Positions 20,008 to 30,072 are shown, counted from the stretch's first letter. The stretch is DNA of 50,474 nucleotides from an uncultured Candidatus Bathyarchaeia archaeon (GCA_964640475.1 CAZXGX010000001.1:1-50474); one strand, 5' to 3'. The notes: generated from the letters alone by a model not told the origin. Numbers and translations are program-made.

Positions 20008-20766
20008 TTATTGCGTAGCTTTTTCTTCTGGTTCAGCTGATGCTGCTGGTGTTGGGGCTGGTGTTGGGATTGCTGGTTTTGGTTCTGCTTTGAATGTTTC
20101 AACGAATCTTGTTTCTTCAAGGTCTGGGAGGAATTTCTGTATGTCCATTGCGATTCCGCGTTTGGCGATTTGTATGCCTTCAACGTAGAATGTGTCTTCT
20201 GGCATGTCAACTGTTAAGTTTTTGTCTTTCAGGGTTAGTTTGAACTTGTCTTCTTCAACTACTGGAACACGTCTGTGGATGATTGCGCCGACTTTTTCCT
20301 CGGTTTTATCTAGTTTTTTGTTGACTGTTGCATCGTAGATTAGTGTTTTTCCTGCTAATGGTGGATTGAAGTCTAAAAGTACTCTGCCTGCGCCTATTGA
20401 GCGTACGCTCGCCATTTTACCTTGATATTCAATGCGTGCGCCGATAACTGGATTAATTTCTTTTGCTAGGAGCTGCCTTAGTGGAACTCTTTTGATTTTT
20501 TCTGGATCTCTTGGGCCGAAGGCTTTGTCTGCTGGAATCTCAACTGTTGAATGCTTTTCTGGTTCCATGCCTAATAGGGCTTCGTCTAATGCTTTTAGAA
20601 CCCAGCCTTCGCCGACAACAACGAGTTTAGGCTCATAAATTTCGCCTTCTTTGTGAAGATGCTCTTTTTTTGCTACTTCTTCAACTGTTGTGTCGAAAAC
20701 TTCGTTTGTTTCTTTAACTTTACCGGTATAATTGATTAGTATGAAATCTCCCTTTTGAAAGGTCAT
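20008..20766 (-). CDS. long-type archaeal FKBP peptidyl-prolyl isomerase (SlyD-like)
   Basis: KGDFILINYTG..VFDTT, IPADKAFGPRDP, LDFNPPLAGKTL, C-terminal extension. Confidence 0.93.
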   Translation of the reverse strand: MTFQKGDFILINYTGKVKETNEVFDTTVEEVAKKEHLHKEGEIYEPKLVVVGEGWVLKALDEALLGMEPEKHSTVEIPADKAFGPRDPEKIKRVPLRQLLAKEINPVIGARIEYQGKMASVRSIGAGRVLLDFNPPLAGKTLIYDATVNKKLDKTEEKVGAIIHRRVPVVEEDKFKLTLKDKNLTVDMPEDTFYVEGIQIAKRGIAMDIQKFLPDLEETRFVETFKAEPKPAIPTPAPTPAASAEPEEKATQ

Positions 20767-20872
20767 TCGTTTTTCTTCCTTTACATTAACGGTCGAATTT
20801 AAAATTCAAACGCGAATAAAAACTTATCTAACTAAAACAAGCAGGCTCTATACAAGCGCGATTGAAAATACC

Positions 20873-21394
20873 TTATTTATTCATGAGACTACCTTGTTCT
20901 TTGAACTTTATGAGGCGCTGTTGAAGTTCTATTATTTTTGCTTGTATTGCCGGTTTTGCGCAAACCTGAGCGAAAGCATACATGTTCACGAATATGGCGT
21001 AATCAACAGGATCAGCGTCTTTGGGGATTTCACCGAAGGCTGAAGCTTCAAACATTAAATGCTTTTGGATATCAGAGTAAATCTCAAAGGCTGCCTTCAG
21101 GTTAGCGTCTTTTGGTTGGAAATCGAAGTATTGTTTGGGGGTAAACCATGTTGCGGTGGTTCGATAGAGCTTTTTTTCAATGTTACCGGTCTTCTCTGTT
21201 CTTGAGAGTTCAACCATGTTAGCTTTTAGAAGTTTTTGCATGCGCCGCCAAAGCTTTAGGGTTGGCAGATTTAGAGTTTTTGCAAGATCTGAAATTGATT
21301 GCTCTTTGTATACGAGTTCTTTTAGGATGGCTTGGTTGAAAGGGTCTGAAACAAGATTGGAACCTTCTTGGTCAAGTAATTTCACTACTTTCAT
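20873..21394 (-). CDS. winged-HTH (ArsR-like) transcriptional regulator
   Basis: SDPFNQAILKEL..SISDLAKTL..KLLKANMVEL..GNIEKKLY; divergent from the ABC transporter genes. Confidence 0.8.
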   Translation of the reverse strand: MKVVKLLDQEGSNLVSDPFNQAILKELVYKEQSISDLAKTLNLPTLKLWRRMQKLLKANMVELSRTEKTGNIEKKLYRTTATWFTPKQYFDFQPKDANLKAAFEIYSDIQKHLMFEASAFGEIPKDADPVDYAIFVNMYAFAQVCAKPAIQAKIIELQQRLIKFKEQGSLMNK

Positions 21395-21476
21395 AAGGTG
21401 AAAACGGTTTCATCTAGCTTAAATACTTATTTCTTCTTATCCAAACTAAAGAAAAGGAAAATTGTGGCGCAAGCAT

Positions 21477-22412
21477 ATGATTGAAACTCAAAATCTCACT
21501 CGCACATTTGGCAATCTAACAGCCGTAGATAACTTGAACCTACAAGTTGAAAAAGGTGAAGTCTTCGGTATGCTTGGACCAAACGGGGCAGGTAAAACTA
21601 CCACCATCCGTATGTTAGCATGTCTAATTGCCCCCACAAAAGGCTCAGCCACAATTGCAGGATACGATATCCATCGTGACTCCCTTGAAGTACGGCAATC
21701 AGTAGGCATACTAACTGAGAATCCCAGTCTTTATGAGAGATTAACTGCTAATGAAAACATGGAATTCTTCGCTCAAGCTTACGGATTAGATGATGCTGAG
21801 GATAGGCATCGTAGAATTCAGGAGCTTTTGGAATTTTTCAACTTATGGGATCGCAGAGACGATAAAGTTGCTACCTTTAGCAAGGGCATGAAGCAAAAGT
21901 TAGCTATTGTACGTGCCACGGTACATAGGCCACCAGTTCTGTTTTTGGATGAGCCAACTGCAGGATTGGATCCTGAGTCAGCTAAAGAAATTCGTGACTT
22001 GATAGTACAGCTTAGTCAGCATGAGAAACGAACCATACTTCTAAGTACTCATCATTTGGAGGATGCTGAAAAATTATGCAGTCGAGTAATGATAATGAAC
22101 AAAGGTAAATGCATAATTATGGGCAGCCCGGATGAGCTTCGTCAGAAAACAAATATTCAACAGATAATACAAATCAGCTTGACACACATTACGCCAAAAA
22201 TAGTGGCTTCTGCCGAGAAGAGTCACTTGGCGAAAAATGTGGAAGTAGACAAGAAGGAATCTGTTCTTAAAGTAAGTGTTGATGATGTACGGTTGGCTAC
22301 GCCTGAGCTTGTACGTCTAATTGTAGAAGCTGAAGGGCAAATTCTTTCGGTTAATGTGTTCCGTCCTTCGCTAGAAGAAGCTTATCTTAAGTTGATAAAG
22401 GGAGGCGCATAG
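21477..22412 (+). CDS. ABC-2 type exporter ATP-binding protein
   Basis: GPNGAGKTT, FSKGMKQKL, LFLDEPTAGLD, STH. Confidence 0.93.
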   Translation: MIETQNLTRTFGNLTAVDNLNLQVEKGEVFGMLGPNGAGKTTTIRMLACLIAPTKGSATIAGYDIHRDSLEVRQSVGILTENPSLYERLTANENMEFFAQAYGLDDAEDRHRRIQELLEFFNLWDRRDDKVATFSKGMKQKLAIVRATVHRPPVLFLDEPTAGLDPESAKEIRDLIVQLSQHEKRTILLSTHHLEDAEKLCSRVMIMNKGKCIIMGSPDELRQKTNIQQIIQISLTHITPKIVASAEKSHLAKNVEVDKKESVLKVSVDDVRLATPELVRLIVEAEGQILSVNVFRPSLEEAYLKLIKGGA

Positions 22413-22415
22413 ACT

Positions 22416-23237
22416 ATGAACATGCATAAAGCTTGGTTAGTTTTTAAAAAGGACTGGATGGAAATTAAACGTAATTGGCAAGTGCTTTTACCAATAATTA
22501 TTTTGCCGCTGATATTTGCTGTAGTTTTTCCATTCATGATCGTATTTATTTCAAGTACCCCAACGCAAGATGTTTCAACAGGGGATTTTCAGTCGTTAAT
22601 ACCTAACCTTCCTTTAGATGTTCAAGCATTAATTGCACAAATGACTCCAATGCAAATTCTAATCTACATTATGGTGGTGTACTTCTTTGCGCCTTTCTTT
22701 CTTATAATTCCAGTAATGGCGTCAAGTGTAATGGGGTCAGACAGTTTCGCAGGTGAGAGAGAACGGAAAACAATTGAAGCTCTTTTAGCTACACCGATTT
22801 CTGACAGCGAGTTACTAATGGGCAAAATCCTAGTTAGCTTTATTCCTGCAATGATAATTACATGGATATCCTTTGCCGTTTACACAGTCATAGTAGATAT
22901 CCTAACAATTGGAATGTTTAATGGCATGTTGTTGCTGCCGAACGTTAACTTTTTAATCATGATTTTCGGTGTCTCGCCAACCTTAGCCCTGTGCAGTATA
23001 GGCTTAACCGTTATAATATCTGCCAAAGTAAAAGGATTCAAAGAAGCTCAACAAATCAGCGTAATATTACTATTGCCCATACTTGGTTTAGTGTTCGCTC
23101 AGATTTCAGGCGTGATGGTTCTTGGACCATTAGTACTTGCCTTGCTGATAGGGGCACTTGTACTTGTAGACATCGCAGTATTTTATGTTGGAGTCAAGAT
23201 GTTTAGAAGAGAAGAAATCCTATCAAAACCAGTATAA
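22416..23237 (+). CDS. ABC-2 type exporter permease
   Basis: About six TM segments; GERERKTIEALLATPIS..LLMGK signature. Confidence 0.9.
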   Translation: MNMHKAWLVFKKDWMEIKRNWQVLLPIIILPLIFAVVFPFMIVFISSTPTQDVSTGDFQSLIPNLPLDVQALIAQMTPMQILIYIMVVYFFAPFFLIIPVMASSVMGSDSFAGERERKTIEALLATPISDSELLMGKILVSFIPAMIITWISFAVYTVIVDILTIGMFNGMLLLPNVNFLIMIFGVSPTLALCSIGLTVIISAKVKGFKEAQQISVILLLPILGLVFAQISGVMVLGPLVLALLIGALVLVDIAVFYVGVKMFRREEILSKPV

Positions 23238-23281
23238 TAAAAAGTAAAATATCAAACCACTTCTTTCTATTTTGATAAATC

Positions 23282-23428
23282 ATGAGCACCCAACCAGTAA
23301 GGTGTCAGAAATGTGGAAAGCTAGTAGGGTACATCACAGTGCTTGCTAAGGGTTTAATGGGAATGCAGCAACGTCTGGAAAATCTTAAAATTGTTGCTAT
23401 TTGCATGGAGTGCTACCGAAAAAAGTGA
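23282..23428 (+). CDS. 48-aa zinc-finger microprotein (not in ORF track)
   Basis: MSTQPVRCQKCGKLVGYITVLAKGLMGMQQRLENLKIVAICMECYRKK*: CxxCG and CxxC pairs. Confidence 0.7.
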   Translation: MSTQPVRCQKCGKLVGYITVLAKGLMGMQQRLENLKIVAICMECYRKK

Positions 23429-23431
23429 AGG

Positions 23432-23932
23432 CTACTCGGCAATGGTTTTAGCGTAAGCCCAGATTTTGTCGCTAACATAGTGAAGTGTCTTAACAACTGG
23501 ACCCTTTTTGGTGTTCCTTGCAGTCTGTGAATCATAGAGACTTTCGCCTAAAGCTAAAGCTTTTCCATGCTTCTCATCAACAACAACCACCAAGTCGCCC
23601 ATTATGAATTCGCCGTCTATTCGCCGAATTCCAGGAGCCATTACATCTGCGCCTTTACATACATAAGGTATGGCGCCCATATCTACAACAATTTTTGGTG
23701 CTAAAGTAACAAATTCGTTGAAGGTGAGAATAGGCAAAACACTCTTAGCATTGAAGAGCACGGGTTTTCCGCCTATAAGATAGATTAACCCAACTTCTGA
23801 CTCTACCACTTCTACATTTGCTTTGGAGCCAAACATTGCTTCAAAATCAATTTTAAGTCTGCTTGAGGCGTCAGTCAACACCTGTTTTGCTTCTTTAGTT
23901 TTTAAAGAGTATCTGCGTTGTTTTGTAGGCAT
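23432..23932 (-). CDS. PUA-domain RNA-binding protein (DUF1947/MCT-1-like)
   Basis: VVDMGAIPYVCKGADVMAPGI..GDLVVVVDEKHGKALALG..KG..LHYVSDKIW. Confidence 0.9.
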   Translation of the reverse strand: MPTKQRRYSLKTKEAKQVLTDASSRLKIDFEAMFGSKANVEVVESEVGLIYLIGGKPVLFNAKSVLPILTFNEFVTLAPKIVVDMGAIPYVCKGADVMAPGIRRIDGEFIMGDLVVVVDEKHGKALALGESLYDSQTARNTKKGPVVKTLHYVSDKIWAYAKTIAE

Positions 23933-23963
23933 ACTTAGTCTGCCTTAAGCGTTCGTGTCTCGT

Positions 23964-24581
23964 CTAATTAATTTTTGCTTGACTGTCTTCAGTTGATTGT
24001 TGGAGCTGTTTTCTTTTTAATATCTTATCAGTAAATTTGCCTAAATCAACCTTGAATAAAATAATGGTGGCAACTATTGTTAGGACTATTGAGATAGTAA
24101 TCATTAATTCTTGACTTATCCAGTGGGAGAGTAGATCACCAGCTATATTTCCTAAGAAGGCTCCTGCTATGGTTATTGTGATTTTGCCAAGGAAGTATGC
24201 TAGCGCGAATTTTGCTGGACTATATTTCATTAATCCAAGCGGAATTATTATGGGTTCATCAGGAATAGGGGATGCAGCTGCGATGTATAGTAGTGGAAAA
24301 GCCCATTTTCTAATTTTTGCGGCGTCTGCATCAAGGCGTTGTCGTCTTTTTTCGTTAAGGCGTTTGCCGATGAAGAATGTGACTAGATAATGTACGCCCT
24401 TGGCTAATGTTGCGCCAATGGCTACTAGGATGCCAACTATGATTAATGTTGTTGTGTCACAGTTGGTTAAGCCTATTGCTGCTGTTGAGGCTATAAACAG
24501 GTTAGAGGGCCCAGCGAAGGGTATCATGTTGAACCCGAAAGCGGTTATAAGAATAATTATGTAATCAATTACTGAAGCCAT
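23964..24581 (-). CDS. DedA/VTT-like membrane protein
   Basis: Multi-TM; NMIPFAGPS, ASPIPDEPIIIPLGLMKY..YFLGK. Confidence 0.75.
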   Translation of the reverse strand: MASVIDYIIILITAFGFNMIPFAGPSNLFIASTAAIGLTNCDTTTLIIVGILVAIGATLAKGVHYLVTFFIGKRLNEKRRQRLDADAAKIRKWAFPLLYIAAASPIPDEPIIIPLGLMKYSPAKFALAYFLGKITITIAGAFLGNIAGDLLSHWISQELMITISIVLTIVATIILFKVDLGKFTDKILKRKQLQQSTEDSQAKIN

Positions 24582-24794
24582 TCTCGGGTTTGCACTATCC
24601 TCATCTCCAAAAGGTAGTGCATGACATGCTTATAAGTTCAAGCGTGTCTAAAATCCACAATAACTCGGCATTTTTGATTTTTCTTGCTTAATTCAAACAA
24701 AGAGTTAGCTAATTAAGATAGAAGTAAACCAGCTTGATCGGGATTATATAGTCAATGATTGATTATATGCCTAACCAATCATTCTTTATTGAAA

Positions 24795-24917
24795 TTAAGC
24801 GTGAATTGGCTCAAGTTCAAGTATTGCGTAGTGTTTCTTGGCGCAAATAGCTTCTGGGCATCCTTCGCAACTGCTGAAACTGTTTTTCTGGCAGGGCAGG
24901 ATATATGTTCGATCCAT
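24795..24917 (-). CDS. 40-aa Cys-rich microprotein (not in ORF track)
   Basis: MDRTYILPCQKNSFSSCEGCPEAICAKKHYAILELEPIHA*; purine-rich GAGGGAAGTGA upstream and TATATATTT further upstream. Confidence 0.5.
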   Translation of the reverse strand: MDRTYILPCQKNSFSSCEGCPEAICAKKHYAILELEPIHA

Positions 24918-25052
24918 TTTTTTCACTTCCCTCTTAACTTCAAATATATAGTATCTTAAGAGTAAATATACACGTCGCTTAAAAGGCTTTGGCTAAAGAA
25001 AAACTAACACACAAGAAAAACAACACATTTCAAATACTCAAATCATCTTTAC

Positions 25053-25652
25053 TCATTGTTTTGAAAAAGTGTTAATTATGTTGGCTAGTTCTGTCTTGCC
25101 CATCGGAGTCAACCTAACGATATCATGATCTAGATTAGTGAATAATCCTGCGCGATTCTTGAAGTTAAACATAAAATCAGTTCCGTCATAAACATTATAG
25201 TCTATACATCTTTGTCTAACAGTATTTATTGGAAACTCAAAGACACCATTGGGAGATGTCAACGCATTTTCAAATGCTGCAAGCAATGCTATCTGAATTT
25301 GTGCAATAGCCTTCCTTTTTTCGGTAATAGTGTAGATTGGTCGTGCTTCGCCTTTTTCCATCAAAAATAACTTGTTTACCGTTTCTTCGGGTATCGTGTT
25401 TTCTTGCAAGAAAGTTCTGAGATCTGCAGGCAAATTCTTCTGGGTTTCAGATGCCATATTTGTATACTCCAACATTAAAGAAGAATTTCTTATACCTGCA
25501 CTATTCGATATATAGTGATTTAATAATACTTCAAAACATTTTTCGCGGTACACTTCATCAATTGTATTAGTAAAATTTATTATATCTTGTATGGGTTTTC
25601 TGAATTTCTCGTATTCCATAGACCCCTTAGAAGTTTCAGCGTTAGTAACCAT
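25053..25652 (-). CDS. hypothetical protein, possible C-terminal wHTH
   Basis: ATG 25652 after GAGG; ends VRLTPMGKTELANII (wing-like motif). Confidence 0.6.
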   Translation of the reverse strand: MVTNAETSKGSMEYEKFRKPIQDIINFTNTIDEVYREKCFEVLLNHYISNSAGIRNSSLMLEYTNMASETQKNLPADLRTFLQENTIPEETVNKLFLMEKGEARPIYTITEKRKAIAQIQIALLAAFENALTSPNGVFEFPINTVRQRCIDYNVYDGTDFMFNFKNRAGLFTNLDHDIVRLTPMGKTELANIINTFSKQ

Positions 25653-25757
25653 TAAAGTTAGCCTCTTTTGAGTATTATATAATTGAACAAAATAAGAACC
25701 TTTTCTTGTACAAGAAATAACCAACAAAATTTCTCTGCGGCATTTTCAAATTTGTAT

Positions 25758-26429
25758 TTATCTTTTCTTTTTAAAGGTCATGATAACAAGCACAGTGACA
25801 ATTGCAGTAACGACAGCAGTAATTACAACAGCGATTATAATATAGAAAACGTTTTCATCCATTCCTAAAATTTGAGGAGTCCAAATGTTTGTTGCAGTAA
25901 TATTTGCACTGATTTGGTAATCAGGAAGAATATCGATAGTTTGGATGTACATGCCAGTTGCTTTATCCCAGAATTTATACCGCTCAGTGTTATTAGCGTA
26001 AGTGACTGTTCGGGTAGCGCTTGCTATTGTTTTTGTTTCTTCACCCTGTATTGTTATTGAAGTGTTTGAAAACTGGTCATAAAAGGTTTCTCCTGGACTA
26101 AGGTTTGCAGGAATAATGATCCAGGCCTCAACGTCGCCTTTGGCAAAGTCAAAATCTCTAACTGCAGTGTATATTGAACCATTTCTGGCAATTGAGATAA
26201 CGTTTGCCCAAAACTTGTTTTCTCCTACTTCGATGATTTCCATTTTTGCCCATACAATGTCGTGTCCTTCTGGAAGATTTCCTGTTCCACTTACTGTGTA
26301 TTCTATCCAGTAGCCTTTTTTTACGCCTATAGCAGTTGAGGATTGGTTTTGACACAGGACATTTAAGCCTGCGTTTATTGATAAAAGGAAAATAAGAATC
26401 AGGATAGCAAATAGTAACTTATTGTTCAT
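25758..26429 (-). CDS. secreted, C-terminally membrane-anchored hypothetical protein
   Basis: Signal peptide, GVKKGYWIEY..WDKATG body, C-terminal TM + KKKR. Confidence 0.8.
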   Translation of the reverse strand: MNNKLLFAILILIFLLSINAGLNVLCQNQSSTAIGVKKGYWIEYTVSGTGNLPEGHDIVWAKMEIIEVGENKFWANVISIARNGSIYTAVRDFDFAKGDVEAWIIIPANLSPGETFYDQFSNTSITIQGEETKTIASATRTVTYANNTERYKFWDKATGMYIQTIDILPDYQISANITATNIWTPQILGMDENVFYIIIAVVITAVVTAIVTVLVIMTFKKKR

Positions 26430-26550
26430 TGAAGTTTAACCACTTTTATTTATAGAAAGGCTTAAAATTTAAAGCTTTAAAAAAAAAGTAGTTATCAAGT
26501 TCTATTATTTGAAATTAGCAGTGTTACAGATAATTCAAAACACTTCCCAG

Positions 26551-26599
26551 AGTCCTTGAGATATGCTTAGTCAAGGTTTCTTGACTAAAACGCTTTTAA
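26551..26599 (+). repeat. junction repeat, left-boundary copy (palindrome at 26569-26586)
   Basis: AGTCCTTGAGATATGCTT-AGTCAAGGTTTCTTGACT-AAAACGC-TTTTAA. Confidence 0.9.
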
Positions 26600-26629
26600 G
26601 GGAATTAGATTGAATTCAAATAGATTGAA

Positions 26630-27029
26630 TTGAAGAAGGCATTGGTGGCAGTACTAGTTTCAGTGCTTTTTTGTTTGATTGCAGCTACTCCTTTAGTTAA
26701 TGCTAATCCTTCTTTGTCTGAAAGTGACCGAGTAGACATCTACCGTTTTTGGTCTGTTATCCTTGGTGTTACAGGGGTTTTAATTGTCGTTGTTGTCTTT
26801 TCATACTGGAAAGAGAAGAAGAGGTCGCTTAATTTTAATGTTAGAACATTTGTGTTTGGCGTCTTGGTTTGGTTTGCTGTAATATTTGGTTTGATCAAGC
26901 ATACTTTACCCTAGTACTATAGGTCGTTTGGATGCTTATGGGGAAGTAGCTGCATTGCTAGGGATTTTAGCTGTTTGCTGCATTATAGGTTACTTCATAA
27001 ATAGATGGCTCACTGAATTCTTCGGGTAA
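26630..27029 (+). pseudogene. membrane protein with signal peptide, probable frameshift near 26893
   Basis: ORF 26630-26914 (signal ..VNANP, two TMs); the +1 frame continues SSILYPSTIGRLDAYGEVAALLGILAVCCIIGYFINRWLTEFFG* to 27029, adding another TM. Confidence 0.5.
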
Positions 27030-27139
27030 ACCAAGTTTACTAAATTTAAACGCAAATGAAAATACTGATAACATATTCACCAATCGAGTGCATGATAATA
27101 GTTAGTCAACTCTTTTCATCAAAGTAACTTTGGAGTGTT

Positions 27140-27157
27140 AGTCAAGGTTTCTTGACT
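27140..27157 (+). repeat. palindrome AGTCAAGGTTTCTTGACT
   Basis: Exact copy followed by GAAAAG-TTTATCA; 35 nt before the TTG start. Confidence 0.9.
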
Positions 27158-27191
27158 GAAAAGTTTATCAACAGCATCAACCTGCAAAAAT

Positions 27192-28544
27192 TTGGTGCTT
27201 TCAATGGGCGATAAAAGATTTGTTCTTTTTGCTGGTCTAGTTCTTGTTTTGTTACTCTTGAATGTGTCCTACGTATGCTTATTAGAAACCAGTGAAAATG
27301 AGGAACTATACAAGTTTCTGCGCAGTGAATCTCCAGCTTACGCCAAGCTATTCGATTTTCTATCAGACGTTGTTCAACTTGACCTGACAAAATATGGCGT
27401 TGTACCGCCGGAGAATGTTCCGCCGGGTTTTGAAGGTTTAAGCCCTCTCGAATTCTACAAGCAACTCTCGGAATATGTTTCTACATTGCCTACGCCGAGT
27501 AAACTACCTTTTATTGTTGACCGTTACGGTGGCTTAGCAAAAGAAGAAACTTTAGGTCCCGATTTTGGATATGAAGGAACTCGTTTTGGTACAATGGGCA
27601 TATTCGTTAATGGGCACATGAACTCGTTGAACCTCTATTATTACGGTGAGGAAGACTATGTTTATTCCAAGCCACAACCAACCTCCATAGAAGAGCGAGC
27701 CAGAGGAATACTATACCGATATCAAGAATACTGTCAAGAGAAATATGGTCAAGATTCTCCGTATATTCTACCCATGTTGGATAGTCTAACCAGCAATAAC
27801 TGCTTTAATAATTCAGAGTTTACTAAGGGAAACCTTACCTTTCATTATTCACAGAATGGTGAAAAATCACTTTTAGAGTGGATATACACCTTAGAGGACG
27901 TTGAAATAGAGCACAAGAGGGTATCTATTGCGTTTCACAACAACTTGTTTGAGTCATTTCAAGACAGTTGGGGACTCTACAATGTAAGTGGACTCAACAC
28001 GATTTCCTTTGAAAACGCCGTTAGAGGAGTCTTAGCGGCTGCGCAAAATGGTGAATTACGCAGAACTTATGCAGAGCCAGGGACAGGCTATGTAAATATC
28101 TCAGAGTTGGTAGATACACAATACAGTGTATCCTTAATGATGACACCCTTCAGGTTTGATGACTACTCTTTTCCCAGCAAAACTTCCAGAGATCCACTCA
28201 CGATTTACCCACAGTTGCATATTTATTTCTACTTCAATAATAGGACTAGCGGCTCAATTGGATTAGATCTTTTTGTGTGGGGCGATACGGGTGAAATCCG
28301 TTCTTGCACTGACGTCGGAAAAGGCTTCTACGAAAATGGACCCATGTATGATACAAATACCCTTCTTCAGAATCCTCAGCCCATGGAAGAGCAGGAACCA
28401 TCTACCTCTGATGAAGAGAGTGGAGGAGAAAACGCCCTAGACCCGTATGCTTTACCAGTTGGTGGTCTATTAGCAGCTTCTGTAATATCCATTTCAGTAT
28501 TCGCACTAAAGCACAAAACAGGAAAGACAGACAAAGCTAACTGA
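27192..28544 (+). CDS. secreted, membrane-anchored hypothetical protein
   Basis: N-terminal hydrophobic signal, acidic linker, C-terminal TM + basic tail. Confidence 0.75.
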   Translation: MVLSMGDKRFVLFAGLVLVLLLLNVSYVCLLETSENEELYKFLRSESPAYAKLFDFLSDVVQLDLTKYGVVPPENVPPGFEGLSPLEFYKQLSEYVSTLPTPSKLPFIVDRYGGLAKEETLGPDFGYEGTRFGTMGIFVNGHMNSLNLYYYGEEDYVYSKPQPTSIEERARGILYRYQEYCQEKYGQDSPYILPMLDSLTSNNCFNNSEFTKGNLTFHYSQNGEKSLLEWIYTLEDVEIEHKRVSIAFHNNLFESFQDSWGLYNVSGLNTISFENAVRGVLAAAQNGELRRTYAEPGTGYVNISELVDTQYSVSLMMTPFRFDDYSFPSKTSRDPLTIYPQLHIYFYFNNRTSGSIGLDLFVWGDTGEIRSCTDVGKGFYENGPMYDTNTLLQNPQPMEEQEPSTSDEESGGENALDPYALPVGGLLAASVISISVFALKHKTGKTDKAN

Positions 28545-28644
28545 TAATCGCCGCACGCTTAGCTGCCTAATCAAAGCAGTGCCATTTCATATCTTATTCA
28601 ATGCTATTTAACAGCCCAAAGAGGACTGTAAGGGGAAAAGAGGT

Positions 28645-28660
28645 GTTCCATGAGTAGAAC
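28645..28660 (+). promoter_or_regulatory. GTTC-N8-GAAC inverted repeat abutting a TATA-like element
   Basis: GTTC-CATGAGTA-GAAC-TAAATAT; TGAGTAGAACTAAA shared with the 36798 site. Confidence 0.6.
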
Positions 28661-28691
28661 TAAATATGCCCTTTCAAAGTTTTAGGGTATA

Positions 28692-29267
28692 GTGAAAATA
28701 TTGAAGAAAAAGATTCTATTGTTTGGAATAATTGTTGTTGCTCTCTCAACTTTGCAGTTTGCAGAGTGCCAAATAGCAGAGGCAAGCATAGAGGCAATGG
28801 TGGATCAACCATGGTGGAGAACAATTGAGGTAAACCAAACAACCGAATTCATAGTACACGGCAGTGGTGGAACACCCCCATACACTTTCCAATGGTATAC
28901 TACCTTCTTAGACCCAGCTAAACCTGCTGAGGACTGGATTACAGTTCCTGTTCCGAATTCCAATTCCTCAATGTTTAGATTCGTTGAGTCTACCCTTGGA
29001 AGATTCGGTATTTCTGTGAATATCTCTGATTTAAATGGAGATAGCGAATATCAATCATTTCAGCCAATGGGAATAATAGTTACCGTTCAGTCATCGCCAG
29101 TGATACAACCATCAACAACACCTTCCCCAACTCCCACATTCTCTATTAGTCCTACACCCACAGTTCCAGAGTATCCAACCCAAATACTTCTAACACTATT
29201 CATCCTAACCTCAATTGCGATAATCAGCATAATTGTTAGAAAACATCAAACATTCCCAAGGCACTAA
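28692..29267 (+). CDS. secreted Ig/PKD-like protein with PEF-CTERM-like sorting tail
   Basis: Signal peptide; GSGGTPPYTFQWY; PTPTVPEYP + TM + RKH. Confidence 0.8.
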   Translation: MKILKKKILLFGIIVVALSTLQFAECQIAEASIEAMVDQPWWRTIEVNQTTEFIVHGSGGTPPYTFQWYTTFLDPAKPAEDWITVPVPNSNSSMFRFVESTLGRFGISVNISDLNGDSEYQSFQPMGIIVTVQSSPVIQPSTTPSPTPTFSISPTPTVPEYPTQILLTLFILTSIAIISIIVRKHQTFPRH

Positions 29268-29333
29268 ATGTATGAGTACTGTTAGTTGTCTTTCTTAGAA
29301 GTCATTGACAGGGTTGGTCAAGGTTTCTTGACT
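29246..29333 (+). repeat. long junction repeat (palindrome variant at 29316-29333)
   Basis: TCAAACATTCCCAAGGCACTAAATGTATGA..GTTAGTTGTCTTTC..AGTCATTGA..GGTCAAGGTTTCTTGACT. Confidence 0.88.
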
Positions 29334-29426
29334 ACAAATTGTTTATAATTTGCTTTTTTTTAAAAGTCTTTAATGACAGTTTAAAAAGCATATTTCTTTT
29401 TATTCTGGCTAAGAATATTTGATATT

Positions 29427-29999
29427 ATGGACAAGAAAGTTTTCTTTACTCTAACAACAACCTTGTTTATTGGTGTTCTACTATTAACTGGACTGACGTG
29501 TATTGAGAAGGTTGAAGCTAATCCAATTACTTATCAGCCTCCTAAAGTAACATTTTTAACTCCTTTGAATACAACGTATAGCTACTTCGACGTTCCGCTT
29601 GTAGTGACTATTCAATTTTTTAGTTATACCTATGATTCTATCGAAACATTAGATTGGCTCAACTATAGTTTAGATGGAAAAACCTTCACGCCGATGACTT
29701 TAACACCTATGCCTAGTAGCTATGGTCCAGGTTATTTTAGGGTTGGAAGTGCTGTTATAACTGATTTGCCTGATGGTATACATACTGTGTTTATTCAAGG
29801 GCAAACAACATTTGGTAATATAAAAGAAAACATACAAGCCAATGTTACATTTACCACAAATACTCATATTACTCCAACACCTACTGTTCCAGAGTTTCCC
29901 AGCCAAACACTTCTAATACTCATAGCCCTGATAGCAATTGCATTAATTAGTATAGTTATGAAGAAAACGTCAAACATTCCCAAGGCACTAAATGTATGA
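29427..29999 (+). CDS. secreted Ig-like protein with PEF-CTERM-like tail
   Basis: Signal ..VEANP; NYSLDG..LPDGIHTV domain; PTPTVPEFP + TM + KK. Confidence 0.82.
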   Translation: MDKKVFFTLTTTLFIGVLLLTGLTCIEKVEANPITYQPPKVTFLTPLNTTYSYFDVPLVVTIQFFSYTYDSIETLDWLNYSLDGKTFTPMTLTPMPSSYGPGYFRVGSAVITDLPDGIHTVFIQGQTTFGNIKENIQANVTFTTNTHITPTPTVPEFPSQTLLILIALIAIALISIVMKKTSNIPKALNV

Positions 30000-30072
30000 T
30001 AGGTATTTGTTGTCTTTCTAGGAAGATATTGAGGCTAATCACATTCTGCTATAGTTTTAGTCTTTCTTGAAT
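29970..30072 (+). repeat. degenerate junction repeat
   Basis: 29970-29999 is identical to 29246-29275; then GTTGTCTTTC; a probable palindrome remnant TTAGTC----TTTCTTGA at 30057. Confidence 0.7.

Noticed and set aside
24759-24959. 66-aa + strand ORF
   Set aside because: No motif or RBS; the opposite-strand Cys-rich ORF is better supported.
26499-26514. GTTC-N8-GAAA near-match upstream of 25758-26429
   Set aside because: Single imperfect copy in very AT-rich DNA.
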